Positions 1 through 10,723 are shown, numbered from the stretch's first letter. The stretch: DNA of 64,000 bases from Bacteroidales bacterium (GCA_035360515.1 DAOSAY010000008.1:9230-73229); one strand, 5' to 3'. Made by a program: numbers and translations. Notes: generated by a model from the letters alone, not told the origin.

Positions 1-39
1 TTCTTCCGGAATAGTCATTTTTACTTAGTTTTAGGTTTC

Positions 40-930
40 CTATAATATAAAAATAATGTTTTCTTTTTTCATCTGCTTTATGCATTTTTTTAAACTTTCA
101 TCCCATGCCGGAATTGTAATACCATAATTCTCTATAATCTTCTTTTTTGACAACACTGAAAAACATGGACGCACAGCTTTTGCAGGAAAATCTTTTGTAG
201 TCACTGGTTCAATAGTGCATTCAATTCCTGATAGTTTCAGAATTTCCTGCGCAAATTCAAACCATGTACATGCGCCTTGATTTGAGTAATGATAAATTCC
301 TCCGTTGAAAGCTGTTTCTTTCGAATTAATATCTGAAATAATTTTCATTATTGCATCTGCCAGATCTGCAGCCCATGTTGGAGAACCTTTCTGGTCGTTC
401 ACCACTTTAAGATGTCCGTTTTCTTTAGCTTTCCTGATAATTGTCTTAACAAAATTATTACCATAAACCGAATAGAGCCATGAAGTTCTTATTACTATTG
501 ACCATGAATGCTTGAGTGCATGTTTTTCACCTTCAAGTTTTGATGCTGCATACACTGATAGAGGATTCGGAGGATCTGTTTCTTTGTATGGCTCCTTCGT
601 ATTGCCGTCGAAAACATAATCGGTCGAAAGATGAATTAACCGGCAGGTTGTATCCTTTATCGCTTCAGTTATGTTTTTTACACCTTCTGAATTAATTTTG
701 AAAGCCAATTCCTTTTCATCTTCTGCTCTATCAACATAATTATATGCAGCACAATTGATTATCCATTCGGGTCTTTTTGAAAGAATAAACTCTTTGCTTT
801 TTGCAGCGTCAGTGATATCGAGTGTGTCAATATCTGTGAAAATGAAGTCATATCCGAAAAACCTGTGCGAAATTTTTCTTAGCTCACTTCCCAGCTGTCC
901 CTTTGAACCAGTTACAAGTATTAACGCCAT
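40..930 (-). CDS. rfbD: dTDP-4-dehydrorhamnose reductase
   Basis: 296-aa ORF with N-terminal Rossmann motif LVTGSKGQLG and YAASK (Tyr-x3-Lys). Full-length RmlD-like. Last gene of the rfbA-rfbC-rfbD run. Confidence 0.93.
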   Translation of the reverse strand: MALILVTGSKGQLGSELRKISHRFFGYDFIFTDIDTLDITDAAKSKEFILSKRPEWIINCAAYNYVDRAEDEKELAFKINSEGVKNITEAIKDTTCRLIHLSTDYVFDGNTKEPYKETDPPNPLSVYAASKLEGEKHALKHSWSIVIRTSWLYSVYGNNFVKTIIRKAKENGHLKVVNDQKGSPTWAADLADAIMKIISDINSKETAFNGGIYHYSNQGACTWFEFAQEILKLSGIECTIEPVTTKDFPAKAVRPCFSVLSKKKIIENYGITIPAWDESLKKCIKQMKKENIIFIL

Positions 931-945
931 ATAATTATTGATATT

Positions 946-1494
946 TCAGAAATTGTTGTCAGCATTTCTTAAATAAGGAAGATTTTTATCTTTTTCACTT
1001 ATAATAGCCTCTTTAATATCTATATTCCAGTCAATTCCAAGAGCAGGGTCGATGGGCAGGATGCCTCTTTCATATGAAGGATTATAGTAATTGTCACATT
1101 TATACTGAACAATAGCTGTTTCGCTGAGCACTGAGAAACCATGTGCAAATCCTCTTGGTATGAAAAGCTGTTTTTTGGATTCTGCGTCGAGTTCTATACT
1201 GTACCATTTTCCAAAAGTCTTAGATTCTCTTCTCAGATCCAATGCCACATCCAGGATTTTGCCCTCTACCACTCTTATGAGTTTTGCTTGTTCAAATGGC
1301 CGGAGCTGATAATGTAATCCCCTTATTACTCCTCTTACAGATTTTGATTCGTTATCCTGAACTGGATTAAAAACAATTCCTGCTTTTCTGAAAACCTCCA
1401 TATTGAAAGTTTCCATGAAATATCCACGTTGATCTGTAAAGACCTGAGGTTCAATAATTAGTAGCCCTTTAAATTTTGTTTCTGTTATTTTCAT
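946..1494 (-). CDS. rfbC: dTDP-4-dehydrorhamnose 3,5-epimerase
   Basis: 182-aa ORF with typical RmlC cupin sequence (RGYFMETF, IRGLHYQ, FIPRGFAHGF). Confidence 0.95.
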   Translation of the reverse strand: MKITETKFKGLLIIEPQVFTDQRGYFMETFNMEVFRKAGIVFNPVQDNESKSVRGVIRGLHYQLRPFEQAKLIRVVEGKILDVALDLRRESKTFGKWYSIELDAESKKQLFIPRGFAHGFSVLSETAIVQYKCDNYYNPSYERGILPIDPALGIDWNIDIKEAIISEKDKNLPYLRNADNNF

Positions 1495-1511
1495 GGATTC
1501 TTTGTAACATG

Positions 1512-2387
1512 TTATATTATATCATCATTTGCTATTCGAAGCAGATATTGTCCGTACTGACTGTTCCGGTAAGGTTCGGCGAGTCTGATAAGCTGCTCTT
1601 TGGTGATAAAACCTCTTTTATAGGCTATCTCTTCAATGCACGAAGCTTTTAGTCCCTGTCTCTGTTCAAGGGTTGCAATAAAGTTGGAAGCCTGAAGAAG
1701 GCTGTCAAAAGTTCCGGTGTCGAGCCATGCCATACCTCTGCCAAGAAGCCTTAGCTTTAATTTTCCTTCCTGAAGATACATGAGGTTGATATCGGTTATT
1801 TCAAGCTCGCCTCTTGCAGAAGGCTTCAGGGATTTTGCTTTTGAAATAACACTATTGTCATAAAAATAGAGACCTGTTACAGCATAATTTGATTTTGGTC
1901 TGGCAGGCTTCTCCTCTATACTTAAGGGTTCCAGCAGACTGTTAAATTCTATCACCCCATAGCGCTGTGGATCGTTTACATAATATCCGAAAACACAGGC
2001 TCCTTCTTGAAGTTTTGCAGTTTCGAGAAGAATATCACCGAACCCATGCCCATAGAAAATGTTATCCCCCAGAATCATACATACCGTATCAGTTCCAATA
2101 AATTTTTCTCCGATAATGAATGCTTGCGCCAGTCCGCCTGGATGAGGCTGTTCGGCATATGAAAAACTTATTCCCAGAGAAGAACCGTCTCCAAGAAGAT
2201 TCATGAATACCGGAAGATCCCTCGGGGTGGAGATAATTAAGATTTCCCTTATTCCGGCAAGCATCAGCACCGACAGAGGGTAATAGATCATAGGTTTATC
2301 ATAAACAGGTAAGATCTGTTTGCTTATTGCATTGGTGATGGGATAAAGCCTCGTACCCGACCCCCCTGCAAGTATAATACCTTTCAT
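1512..2387 (-). CDS. rfbA: glucose-1-phosphate thymidylyltransferase
   Basis: 291-aa ORF with N-terminal [16 protein letters not shown] nucleotidyltransferase motif. RmlA-like over full length. Confidence 0.96.
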   Translation of the reverse strand: MKGIILAGGSGTRLYPITNAISKQILPVYDKPMIYYPLSVLMLAGIREILIISTPRDLPVFMNLLGDGSSLGISFSYAEQPHPGGLAQAFIIGEKFIGTDTVCMILGDNIFYGHGFGDILLETAKLQEGACVFGYYVNDPQRYGVIEFNSLLEPLSIEEKPARPKSNYAVTGLYFYDNSVISKAKSLKPSARGELEITDINLMYLQEGKLKLRLLGRGMAWLDTGTFDSLLQASNFIATLEQRQGLKASCIEEIAYKRGFITKEQLIRLAEPYRNSQYGQYLLRIANDDII

Positions 2388-2431
2388 GATTGGATGATTT
2401 TATAATAAATGTTCAATGTCAATATAATATT

Positions 2432-3748
2432 TCATTTTCTCCCTATACTATAATAGGTAAATCCAGCTTTTCTGACTTCTAACGGGTCGTAGATATTTCT
2501 TCCATCGAATATTACTTTCCCTCTCATCGTTTCAGCCATTTTTTTTAAGTCAGGAAGTCTGAATTCCGGCCATTCTGTAACCAGTACCAGTGCATCGGCC
2601 TTAATAACAGCCTCGTACTGATCAGATGCATATTTAACCCTGTTGCCAAGAACTTTTTTGGTTTCTTCCATGGCAGCAGGATCATAAGCTTTCACAATTG
2701 CACCTTCCTGAAGCAGTTTCTCAATCAGGTAAATTGAAGGAGATTCCCTTATGTCATCGGTGTGGGGCTTGAATGATAGCCCCCAGATTCCTATCGTTCT
2801 TCCCTTAAGATTATTGTTGAAATGGTTTCTGATTTTAAAGAAAAGAACATTCTTCTGGTATTCATTTGCCTTTTCCACCGCTGCAATGACCTTCATCTCG
2901 TAGCCCTTTTCAGCAGCAGTTCTGATAAGTGCTTTTACATCTTTTGGGAAGCATGAACCTCCATAACCTGGCCCCGGGTATAGAAACTTATTCCCAATTC
3001 TTGAATCACTGCCAATACCTTTTCTCACCTGATTAATATCGGCTCCAAGCAGTTCACACAAGTTGGCTATTTCATTTATAAAACTGATTCTGGTTGCCAG
3101 CATGGCATTTGCAGCATATTTTGTGAGTTCGGCAGAGGGGATGTCCATATAATAAATAGGATGGTTATTGAGAACGAAAGGTTTATACAACCTGCTCATT
3201 ATCTCGGCAGCTCTTTCATTTTCGGTTCCTATTACAATCCTTTCGGGACGCAGAAAATCCTCTACGGCTGAACCTTCCTTCAGAAATTCAGGATTGGATG
3301 CCATGTCAAACGGAATATCAACTCCGCGTTTCTCCAGCTCCTCCCTGATAATTTTTCTTACTTTCTCAGATGTACCCACTGGCACTGTGCTCTTTATCAC
3401 AACCACAACATATGATTTAATGTTTTTCCCTATCTCTGATGCTACCTTAAGTACGTGTTGAAGGTCGGCACTTCCATCTTCGCCAGGGGGTGTGCCTACC
3501 GCAATGAAAATGGCCTCTGAGCCTTCCAGACTTTTTTCCAAATCGGTGGTGAATGATAAACGTCCCTTTTCAATATTTCTCTTCATCATTGGTTCCAGGC
3601 CCGGCTCATATAGCGGTGTTTTGCCTTCCTGCAAAAGCTTAATTTTTTCTTTATCAATATCTACACAGGTTACCGTAACACCTGTTTCAGCAAAACAGGT
3701 TCCTGTTACCAGCCCTACATAACCGGTTCCGGCTACAACAATTTTCAT
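2432..3748 (-). CDS. ugd: UDP-glucose 6-dehydrogenase
   Basis: 438-aa ORF with NAD-binding VAGTGYVGLVTG and catalytic-Cys motif GGSCFPKD. Confidence 0.93.
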   Translation of the reverse strand: MKIVVAGTGYVGLVTGTCFAETGVTVTCVDIDKEKIKLLQEGKTPLYEPGLEPMMKRNIEKGRLSFTTDLEKSLEGSEAIFIAVGTPPGEDGSADLQHVLKVASEIGKNIKSYVVVVIKSTVPVGTSEKVRKIIREELEKRGVDIPFDMASNPEFLKEGSAVEDFLRPERIVIGTENERAAEIMSRLYKPFVLNNHPIYYMDIPSAELTKYAANAMLATRISFINEIANLCELLGADINQVRKGIGSDSRIGNKFLYPGPGYGGSCFPKDVKALIRTAAEKGYEMKVIAAVEKANEYQKNVLFFKIRNHFNNNLKGRTIGIWGLSFKPHTDDIRESPSIYLIEKLLQEGAIVKAYDPAAMEETKKVLGNRVKYASDQYEAVIKADALVLVTEWPEFRLPDLKKMAETMRGKVIFDGRNIYDPLEVRKAGFTYYSIGRK

Positions 3749-3975
3749 AAAGTTTATTTTAAATTTTTAATCAGATTATCCGTTCCTGCAAAGATAACAC
3801 ATCAGATGAATTAAGAAAATCCGCCATTAACATACAATCGCTTTACTCTTTTTTTCAACAGTGGACTTGAAAACTAAAGAGATGTTGTGTTCAAGCTGGA
3901 AACAGCCCACAGTCATAAGGTACTATTTTTTTATTAAAAACCGTCTTGAATTTATGATGAATCGAAAAAATAATT

Positions 3976-3983
3976 TATCTTTG
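3976..3983 (+). promoter_or_regulatory. Bacteroidota -7 promoter box (TATCTTTG) upstream of rpsA
   Basis: Perfect match to TAnnTTTG, 62 nt upstream of the 4046 ATG. The -33 element is weak. Confidence 0.4.
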
Positions 3984-4045
3984 CAAACCTGTTTAAATCA
4001 ATATAATGTCTAACTTATTAATTATTAGTTTATTAAATTAAATTT

Positions 4046-6160
4046 ATGACAAAAGGCAAAGAAAAAACAATCGATCTTGAAGGAATTGAAAAAAACGACT
4101 CCATTGAGAATCAGGAGGCGGAACCATCAGGAAAAGAATTAAATGAAGAATTGAAAGAGGGCGTTGAAACTCTTTCTGCAGCAGAACCGGAATCTGAGAA
4201 GGTGCAATTATTTGAAAAGTCACCTGTAGTTTCTGAAAAAAAGGAAAAGCCTGAACGTAAAAAGGCAGCTTCTGAAGCTGGACCAAAAAAAAGCACTTCA
4301 AAAGAGAGAGTGGCATCCGGGAAAACCAGAGCGAAAGCTGAGCCAGCAGCGGAAGCGAAAGAAAAAGTTATCGAAGAAAAAGTAATGCCGGGAGATGAAT
4401 TCAGCTGGGAGGAATTCGAAAGTAAAGAAAATCGCATTTCACCGAAATATGCTGAATATGAGGCTGTTTACGACAAAACCCTTTCAACTATTGCAGAAGA
4501 CCAGGTTGTTAAGGGTACGGTTATTCAGATGACCAACCGTGAAGTCGTTATCAACATAGGCTACAAATCTGAAGGTGTGGTGAGTCTGAATGAATTCAGA
4601 TACAACCCGAATCTAAAGGTTGGTGATGTTGTTGATGTTTATGTTGAAAGTACAGAAGACAAAAAAGGTCAACTTGTTCTTTCCCACAAGAAGGCACGGG
4701 CTTTGAACTCATGGGAAAGAGTTAACCAGGCATATGAAAATGATGAAATTATAACGGGTTATATAAAATGCCGGACTAAGGGCGGGATGATTGTAGATGT
4801 TTTTGGAATTGAAGCATTCCTCCCGGGTTCACAGATAGATGTGAAACCAATCCGCGATTATGATGTATTTGTCGGAAAGACAATGGAATTCAAGGTTGTA
4901 AAGATCAATCATGAATTCAAGAACGTTGTTGTTTCTCATAAGGCACTCATTGAAGCAGAGCTTGAACAGCAGAAGAAGGAAATAATTTCCAAACTTGAGA
5001 AGGGACAGGTTCTGGAAGGTGTTGTCAAAAACATCACTTCATATGGTGTATTTATTGATCTGGGAGGTGTTGACGGACTAATACATATAACAGACCTTTC
5101 ATGGGGACGCATAAATCATCCTGAAGAGATTGTGCAGCTCGACCAGAAACTTAATGTTGTTATTCTTGATTTTGATGATGAGAAGAAGCGTATAGCCCTT
5201 GGTCTCAAACAGCTTACACCTCATCCGTGGGATTCACTGGATCCAAACCTCAAAGTTGGTGACAAAGTAAAGGGTAAAGTTGTTGTGCTTGCCGATTACG
5301 GAGCATTTGTTGAGATTGCTCCCGGGGTTGAAGGATTGATTCATGTATCGGAAATGTCCTGGTCACAGCACCTCAGAAGTGCTCAGGAATTCCTCAAGGT
5401 GGGCGATGAGGTGGAGGCAGTTATACTTACCCTCGACAGAGAGGAAAGAAAAATGTCACTTGGCTTGAAACAGCTGAAACCCGACCCATGGCAGAATATC
5501 GAAGAAAAGTATGCCGTTGGCACAAAACATAAAGCCCGTGTAAGGAACTTCTCCAACTTTGGTGTGTTTGTAGAGATTGAGGAAGGTGTCGATGGACTGA
5601 TTCATATATCAGACCTTTCCTGGACGAAGAAAATCAAACATCCTGCAGAGTTCACTTCAATAGATGCTGAAATTGACGTTGTGGTTCTTGAGATTGACAA
5701 GGAAAACAGAAGATTAAGCCTTGGACATAAACAGCTTGAAGAGAATCCGTGGGATGTGTTTGAAACAATATTTACCGTTGATTCCGTTCATGAAGGTACC
5801 GTAGTTGAGATTTACGATAAAGGTGCCGTTATAGCACTTCCTTATGGTGTTGAAGGATTTGCTTCTCCAAAACAGCTTATTAAGGAAGACGGAACAATGG
5901 CAAAAGTTGATGAAAAACTTAAATTCAAGGTTATAGAATTTAATAAGTCGGCAAAGAAGATCGTTGTTTCCCATACAAGAGTTTTTGAAGATGAGAAAAA
6001 GGCTTCGGAAACGGCAGGGAAAAAACCGGCAGAAAAGAAAAAGAAGACAACAAAGAAGGCTAAAAGCGGGATTGAAAAAACAACTCTGGGTGATATAACA
6101 GATCTTGCGGCTTTAAAAGAAGAACTGGAAGAAAAACAGAAGAAAACTTCCAAAAAATAG
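4046..6160 (+). CDS. rpsA: 30S ribosomal protein S1 with a K/E-rich N-terminal extension
   Basis: 704-aa ORF with six S1/OB repeats. The canonical Bacteroidota S1 N-terminus (EFSWEEFE) begins near codon 117. An alternative in-frame ATG lies at 4385. The upstream 113 codons have no in-frame stop although TGA/TAA triplets are frequent out of frame. Confidence 0.93.
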   Translation: MTKGKEKTIDLEGIEKNDSIENQEAEPSGKELNEELKEGVETLSAAEPESEKVQLFEKSPVVSEKKEKPERKKAASEAGPKKSTSKERVASGKTRAKAEPAAEAKEKVIEEKVMPGDEFSWEEFESKENRISPKYAEYEAVYDKTLSTIAEDQVVKGTVIQMTNREVVINIGYKSEGVVSLNEFRYNPNLKVGDVVDVYVESTEDKKGQLVLSHKKARALNSWERVNQAYENDEIITGYIKCRTKGGMIVDVFGIEAFLPGSQIDVKPIRDYDVFVGKTMEFKVVKINHEFKNVVVSHKALIEAELEQQKKEIISKLEKGQVLEGVVKNITSYGVFIDLGGVDGLIHITDLSWGRINHPEEIVQLDQKLNVVILDFDDEKKRIALGLKQLTPHPWDSLDPNLKVGDKVKGKVVVLADYGAFVEIAPGVEGLIHVSEMSWSQHLRSAQEFLKVGDEVEAVILTLDREERKMSLGLKQLKPDPWQNIEEKYAVGTKHKARVRNFSNFGVFVEIEEGVDGLIHISDLSWTKKIKHPAEFTSIDAEIDVVVLEIDKENRRLSLGHKQLEENPWDVFETIFTVDSVHEGTVVEIYDKGAVIALPYGVEGFASPKQLIKEDGTMAKVDEKLKFKVIEFNKSAKKIVVSHTRVFEDEKKASETAGKKPAEKKKKTTKKAKSGIEKTTLGDITDLAALKEELEEKQKKTSKK

Positions 6161-6166
6161 AAAAAA

Positions 6167-6195
6167 AGCTTAAATTTAAGCTTTAAATTTAAGCC
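6167..6195 (+). repeat. AT-rich palindrome AGCTTAAATTTAAGCT plus a tandem copy (TTAAATTTAAGC) between rpsA and the STAS gene
   Basis: Perfect 16-bp palindrome at 6167-6182, immediately followed by a near-duplicate of its right half plus core. Preceded by A7. Confidence 0.4.
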
Positions 6196-6197
6196 TT

Positions 6198-6539
6198 ATG
6201 GATTTCAATATTGAGACCCGCAATAACAGTACACTGATTCAGGTTCAGACCGAAAAGCTTGATACTCATGTAGCTCCGGCCCTGAAATCTGAACTTGTAC
6301 TTGTTTCCGGTAAAGGTGAAAAAAACATCATCCTTGACCTTGGAAAATGTCAATACTGTGATTCCTCAGGCCTGAGTGCCATTCTTGTGGCAAACAGGTT
6401 ATGCAAAAATGCAGGAGGTACTTTTGTTTTATGCGGCCTCAATGAGGCAGTGGAACGATTAATTACCATTTCTCAGCTCGATACTGTTCTGACCATTACA
6501 GATACAGTTGAAGAAGCTGAAAAAATAATATCATCGTAG
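6198..6539 (+). CDS. STAS-domain anti-sigma-factor antagonist (SpoIIAA-like)
   Basis: 113-aa ORF with phosphorylatable-serine motif CDSSGLSAILV typical of SpoIIAA/RsbV. Confidence 0.85.
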   Translation: MDFNIETRNNSTLIQVQTEKLDTHVAPALKSELVLVSGKGEKNIILDLGKCQYCDSSGLSAILVANRLCKNAGGTFVLCGLNEAVERLITISQLDTVLTITDTVEEAEKIISS

Positions 6540-6563
6540 GCTGTCAGCATTGCAGGAACGAAG

Positions 6564-7487
6564 ATGAAATTAACCATTCTGGGAAGCAGTTCCGCATTGC
6601 CGACATCTGCAAGAAATCCATCCGCTCATGTACTTAATGTGCATGAGCGTTTGTATTTAATTGACTGCGGTGAAGGAACGCAGATGCAAATGAGAAAATA
6701 CGGTATACGCATTAGTAAAATAAACCATATTTTCATAAGCCACCTCCACGGAGACCATATATTCGGACTATATGGACTTCTTTCCACTTTTAACCTTATG
6801 GGCAGAACACTCCCCGTCAACATATATGCACCCGAAAACTATGGCAAAATCCTGAAATCTCATCTCAGTGATTTTGACATACAACTGAGTTATAATATTA
6901 ATTTTACCCCGCTGAAAGGCAGAAAACCTGTCCTCATACTCGATGATAAGTATCTTACTGTTACAGCCTTCCCCCTGAAACACCGCGTTCCTGCATTTGG
7001 TTTCCTATTTCGTGAAAAACTACAGGACCGCAGGATAAAAAAGGAAATGATTTCACTGCATAATATCCCGATCTCAAAAATGCATGGAATTAAAAAAGGG
7101 GAAGACCTTGTAAAAGATAACGGTACGGTTGTAAAAAACGAAGAGCTTACAATCCCACCTCCTGAACCGCTGTCGTATGCCTACTGCAGCGATACCCGGT
7201 TTTTCAAACAGCTTCCATCATATGTAAGAAATGTTAGCCTCATATATCACGAAGCTACATTCGATAAGGAAAAGGAAGATCTTGCAGAGCTGACAGGCCA
7301 TTCAACAACTACCGATGCTGCAACTGTAGCACTTAAAGCAGGAGCAGGTAAACTGCTAATCGGGCACTTTTCATCAAGATACAAAGATGTAGATCAGCTG
7401 GTTGAAGAAGCACGTTCAATCTTTCCTGAAACTTATGCGGCCGAAGACGGTAAAACCTATTTAATAACACATAACAAAATATCCTGA
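6564..7487 (+). CDS. rnz: ribonuclease Z
   Basis: 307-aa metallo-beta-lactamase fold with the HLHGDH motif. The N-terminus MKLTILGSSSALPT is typical of RNase Z. Confidence 0.92.
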   Translation: MKLTILGSSSALPTSARNPSAHVLNVHERLYLIDCGEGTQMQMRKYGIRISKINHIFISHLHGDHIFGLYGLLSTFNLMGRTLPVNIYAPENYGKILKSHLSDFDIQLSYNINFTPLKGRKPVLILDDKYLTVTAFPLKHRVPAFGFLFREKLQDRRIKKEMISLHNIPISKMHGIKKGEDLVKDNGTVVKNEELTIPPPEPLSYAYCSDTRFFKQLPSYVRNVSLIYHEATFDKEKEDLAELTGHSTTTDAATVALKAGAGKLLIGHFSSRYKDVDQLVEEARSIFPETYAAEDGKTYLITHNKIS

Positions 7488-7521
7488 AAGTCGGTTATAT
7501 TTAAATTAAATTTTATAGAAG

Positions 7522-9051
7522 GTGCAGGAGAAAATTATTATACTCGATTTTGGTTCACAATACACTCAACTAATCGCAAGGCGAATAAGGGAACTTAACG
7601 TATATGCCGAAATCTTTCCTTATAACCGATTCCCTGAACCCGATAGAAATGTAAAAGGTGTAATCCTTTCCGGTAGCCCGTTTTCGGTAAGGGATGAAAA
7701 TGCGCCCTTCCCCAACCTTGAAGGAATAAGAGGTAAACTACCCCTGCTTGGGATATGCTATGGAGCTCAATATCTGGCCCATTGCTGTGGTGGAGTGGTT
7801 CTGCCTTCAGAAAAAAGAGAATATGGGAGAGCAATGTTTTACGTGAAGGAAATTGAAGATCCACTTTTCAGAGGAATAAGCTATGGAACACAGGTGTGGA
7901 TGTCGCACGGAGATACAATTACCAGATTACCTGCAGATTATATTATAACTGGTTCAACTGCTGACATAGATATAGCCTCGTTTAGAGTATCAGGTGAACC
8001 AACATGGGGCATTCAGTTTCACCCCGAAGTTTACCATACTTCCGAAGGTAAGAAAATCCTTGAAAATTTTGTAAAGGAAATATGTGGCTGCAGCGGCGAC
8101 TGGACACCGGAATCGTTTATTGAATCTGCCATAAAGGAAATCAGGGATAAAACCAAAGGTGAAAAAATTATTCTGGGTCTTTCCGGAGGGGTTGACTCAA
8201 CTGTGGCAGCAGTATTGCTTAACCGTGCAGCTGGCAGTAATCTTGACTGCATTTTTGTTAATAACGGACTTCTTCGGAAAAATGAGTTCGAAAATGTGCT
8301 TGAGTCATATAAGAAACTTGGTCTGCGTGTCAGAAGTGTCGATGCATCCGATATCTTCCTGAAGGAGCTTGAGGGTATTAGCGAACCGGAACAAAAGCGA
8401 AAAATAATCGGAAGGGTATTCATCGAGGTATTCGAGTCGGAAGCCGCAAAGATAAAGAATGTTAAATGGCTGGCTCAGGGTACCATCTATCCTGATGTGA
8501 TAGAATCAGCTTCAGTAAACGGCCCTTCAGCGACAATAAAATCGCATCATAATGTGGGAGGACTGCCAGAAAAAATGAAACTTAAAGTCATCGAACCCCT
8601 GCGCTTGCTTTTCAAAGACGAAGTAAGAAGGGTGGGTAAAGCTCTCGGTATACCTGATGAAATTCTGAACAGACATCCTTTCCCGGGACCTGGCCTGGCA
8701 ATCAGAATAATCGGACCAGTAACTAAGGAAAAGCTGAGAATTCTCAGGGAAGCCGACGAAATTTTTATTGAAGGACTTAAAAAACATGGTTTGTATGATA
8801 AAGTATGGCAGGCTGCCGTTATATTATTACCTGTTCAGTCGGTGGGGGTTATGGGAGACGAGAGAACTTATGAAAATGCGGTGGTACTGAGAGCCGTTGA
8901 CTCAACTGACGGAATGACAGCTGACTTTTCAAGGTTGCAATATGATTTCCTTGGCAATGTCGCAAGTGAAATTATTAACAAGGTGAAGGGAATAAACAGG
9001 GTAGTTTATGATATAAGCTCAAAACCTCCTTCAACAATTGAGTGGGAATAA
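7522..9051 (+). CDS. guaA: GMP synthase (glutamine-hydrolysing)
   Basis: 509-aa ORF with a GTG start. Has a class-I amidotransferase N-domain, the ATP-pyrophosphatase P-loop SGGVDSTV and the conserved C-terminus PPSTIEWE. Confidence 0.97.
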   Translation: MQEKIIILDFGSQYTQLIARRIRELNVYAEIFPYNRFPEPDRNVKGVILSGSPFSVRDENAPFPNLEGIRGKLPLLGICYGAQYLAHCCGGVVLPSEKREYGRAMFYVKEIEDPLFRGISYGTQVWMSHGDTITRLPADYIITGSTADIDIASFRVSGEPTWGIQFHPEVYHTSEGKKILENFVKEICGCSGDWTPESFIESAIKEIRDKTKGEKIILGLSGGVDSTVAAVLLNRAAGSNLDCIFVNNGLLRKNEFENVLESYKKLGLRVRSVDASDIFLKELEGISEPEQKRKIIGRVFIEVFESEAAKIKNVKWLAQGTIYPDVIESASVNGPSATIKSHHNVGGLPEKMKLKVIEPLRLLFKDEVRRVGKALGIPDEILNRHPFPGPGLAIRIIGPVTKEKLRILREADEIFIEGLKKHGLYDKVWQAAVILLPVQSVGVMGDERTYENAVVLRAVDSTDGMTADFSRLQYDFLGNVASEIINKVKGINRVVYDISSKPPSTIEWE

Positions 9052-9118
9052 AGAGTATTCAATAATTTTGTTCTGCGTAAGTATTATGAATTTTTTAATT
9101 AAAACTCAAAAAAATAAA

Positions 9119-10723
9119 ATGAAGAAGCTTATTTTCAGTGCGTTGGTTTTGGTTCAGCTGATAATGATATCATTGGAAGGTGCTAGTGGTCAGGTGCTTT
9201 CAGAGAATACATTTAAACTGGGAAGGACACTATCGCTGATAGATGCATATTATGTTGATACAGTTAATATTAATACACTTACCGAAAAGGCTATTGTAGC
9301 AATGCTTATGTCGCTTGACCCTCATTCCTCATACATTTCAGCAAAAGATGTGAGGGAAATGAATGAGCCATTACTTGGAAATTTTGAAGGCATCGGCATT
9401 CAATTTAATATACTTCATGATTCTATCGTTGTGGTGGAACCTATAAAGAATGGCCCAGCTGAAAAAGTAGGAATCAAAGCAGGTGACCGGATTGTGAAAA
9501 TAAATGACGAGAACGTCGCAGGAATAAACATAAGCACAGAAGGTGTTAGAAGCAGACTGATGGGGCCGAAAGGTACAAAAGTGGATGTTACGGTTTACCG
9601 TAAGGGCCAGAGTCAATTATTCTATTTCACAATTACAAGAGACAGAATACCCATAAACAGCCTTGACGCAGCTTATATGCTGAATCCTGAGACGGCATAT
9701 TTCAAGTTTAACAAGTTTGCGGCAACAACTGAAAAGGAATTTATTGAAAAACTTACAGCTATGCCGGTTAAATCAATTAAAAATGTAATTATAGACCTGA
9801 GAGGAAATCCTGGTGGGTATATGCTTGCAGCTGTTGCACTTGCGAATCATTTTCTTGATGGAGAAAAACTTGTGGTCTTTATGGAAGGCAGAAAAACACC
9901 TCGCGAAGAATTCAAATCAAATGGCAAAGGATTGCTTACCAATTGCAATCTCGTTGTACTAACTGATGAAAATTCAGCCTCTGCAAGTGAAATTTTTGCA
10001 GGTGCAATTCAGGATTGGGACCGTGGTGTTATTATGGGACGCAGGACATTTGGTAAAGGACTGGTGCAGAATGGCTTTTATTTAAACGACGGGTCTCAGA
10101 TAAGACTCACCATAGCCCGATATTTTACCCCAACCGGAAGATCCATACAGAGCCCCTACAATGAGGGCTATCAGAAATATATTGAAAACTTTTTAAGACG
10201 ATTCAGAAATGGCGAAACACTTAGTGCCGATAGTATAAAATTTATAGATTCACTTAAATGTAGCACACTCGTAACGCGCCGCACAGTTTACGGCGGTGGC
10301 GGCATAATGCCAGATGTGTTCGTTTCGGAGGATACTACTTATTATTCTGAATATTATGCCGGACTTATCAGAAGAAGTGTATTCAATTCATTTGCACTGG
10401 AATATTCCGATAAAAACAGGGAGAAAATAATGAAGACGTACAAGGATTTTGAAGACTTTAAAAAGAAGTTTACTTTCAGTGATGAAGACATTAGATGGTT
10501 CATTAAAATGGGTGAAGAAGCAGGAGTTAAATACAATGAAAGCCAGTTTCGTATATCACACGACCATATTCTGAAAGTTCTTAAAGCTCTGGTAGCAAAC
10601 AATTACTGGCAGACCACTGAATATTTCAGAATATATAATGAAGGTGACAGGGTTATAGAAAAAGCTTTAATGCTGCTTGCAAACCCTGCAGAATATAAAA
10701 AGATACTTGGTTACCAGAATTGA
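9119..10723 (+). CDS. S41 family carboxy-terminal processing peptidase
   Basis: The ORF is open from 9038, but the ATG at 9119 gives a signal peptide (MKKLIFSALVLVQL...). Has a PDZ region (GIKAGDRIVKIND) and the S41 catalytic region DENSASASEIFAG. Confidence 0.9.
   Translation: MKKLIFSALVLVQLIMISLEGASGQVLSENTFKLGRTLSLIDAYYVDTVNINTLTEKAIVAMLMSLDPHSSYISAKDVREMNEPLLGNFEGIGIQFNILHDSIVVVEPIKNGPAEKVGIKAGDRIVKINDENVAGINISTEGVRSRLMGPKGTKVDVTVYRKGQSQLFYFTITRDRIPINSLDAAYMLNPETAYFKFNKFAATTEKEFIEKLTAMPVKSIKNVIIDLRGNPGGYMLAAVALANHFLDGEKLVVFMEGRKTPREEFKSNGKGLLTNCNLVVLTDENSASASEIFAGAIQDWDRGVIMGRRTFGKGLVQNGFYLNDGSQIRLTIARYFTPTGRSIQSPYNEGYQKYIENFLRRFRNGETLSADSIKFIDSLKCSTLVTRRTVYGGGGIMPDVFVSEDTTYYSEYYAGLIRRSVFNSFALEYSDKNREKIMKTYKDFEDFKKKFTFSDEDIRWFIKMGEEAGVKYNESQFRISHDHILKVLKALVANNYWQTTEYFRIYNEGDRVIEKALMLLANPAEYKKILGYQN

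Noticed and set aside
1-18. Possible start of a further minus-strand gene (ATG at 18-16, MTIPEE...) downstream of rfbD, tempting to call rfbB.
   Set aside because: Only six codons are inside the window, so no identification is possible.
9038-9118. 5' extensions offered by the ORF track: S41 peptidase from 9038, uvrA to 33318 (TTG), tmk to 43469, rsmE to 36185 (GTG), Hpt to 19369, thioredoxin-fold gene from 58190 (TTG), serA from 24886, lipoprotein from 29064 (TTG).
   Set aside because: In each case an internal ATG reproduces the canonical family N-terminus or a proper signal peptide. The extension overlaps the neighbouring gene or a promoter box, or uses a rare start codon.
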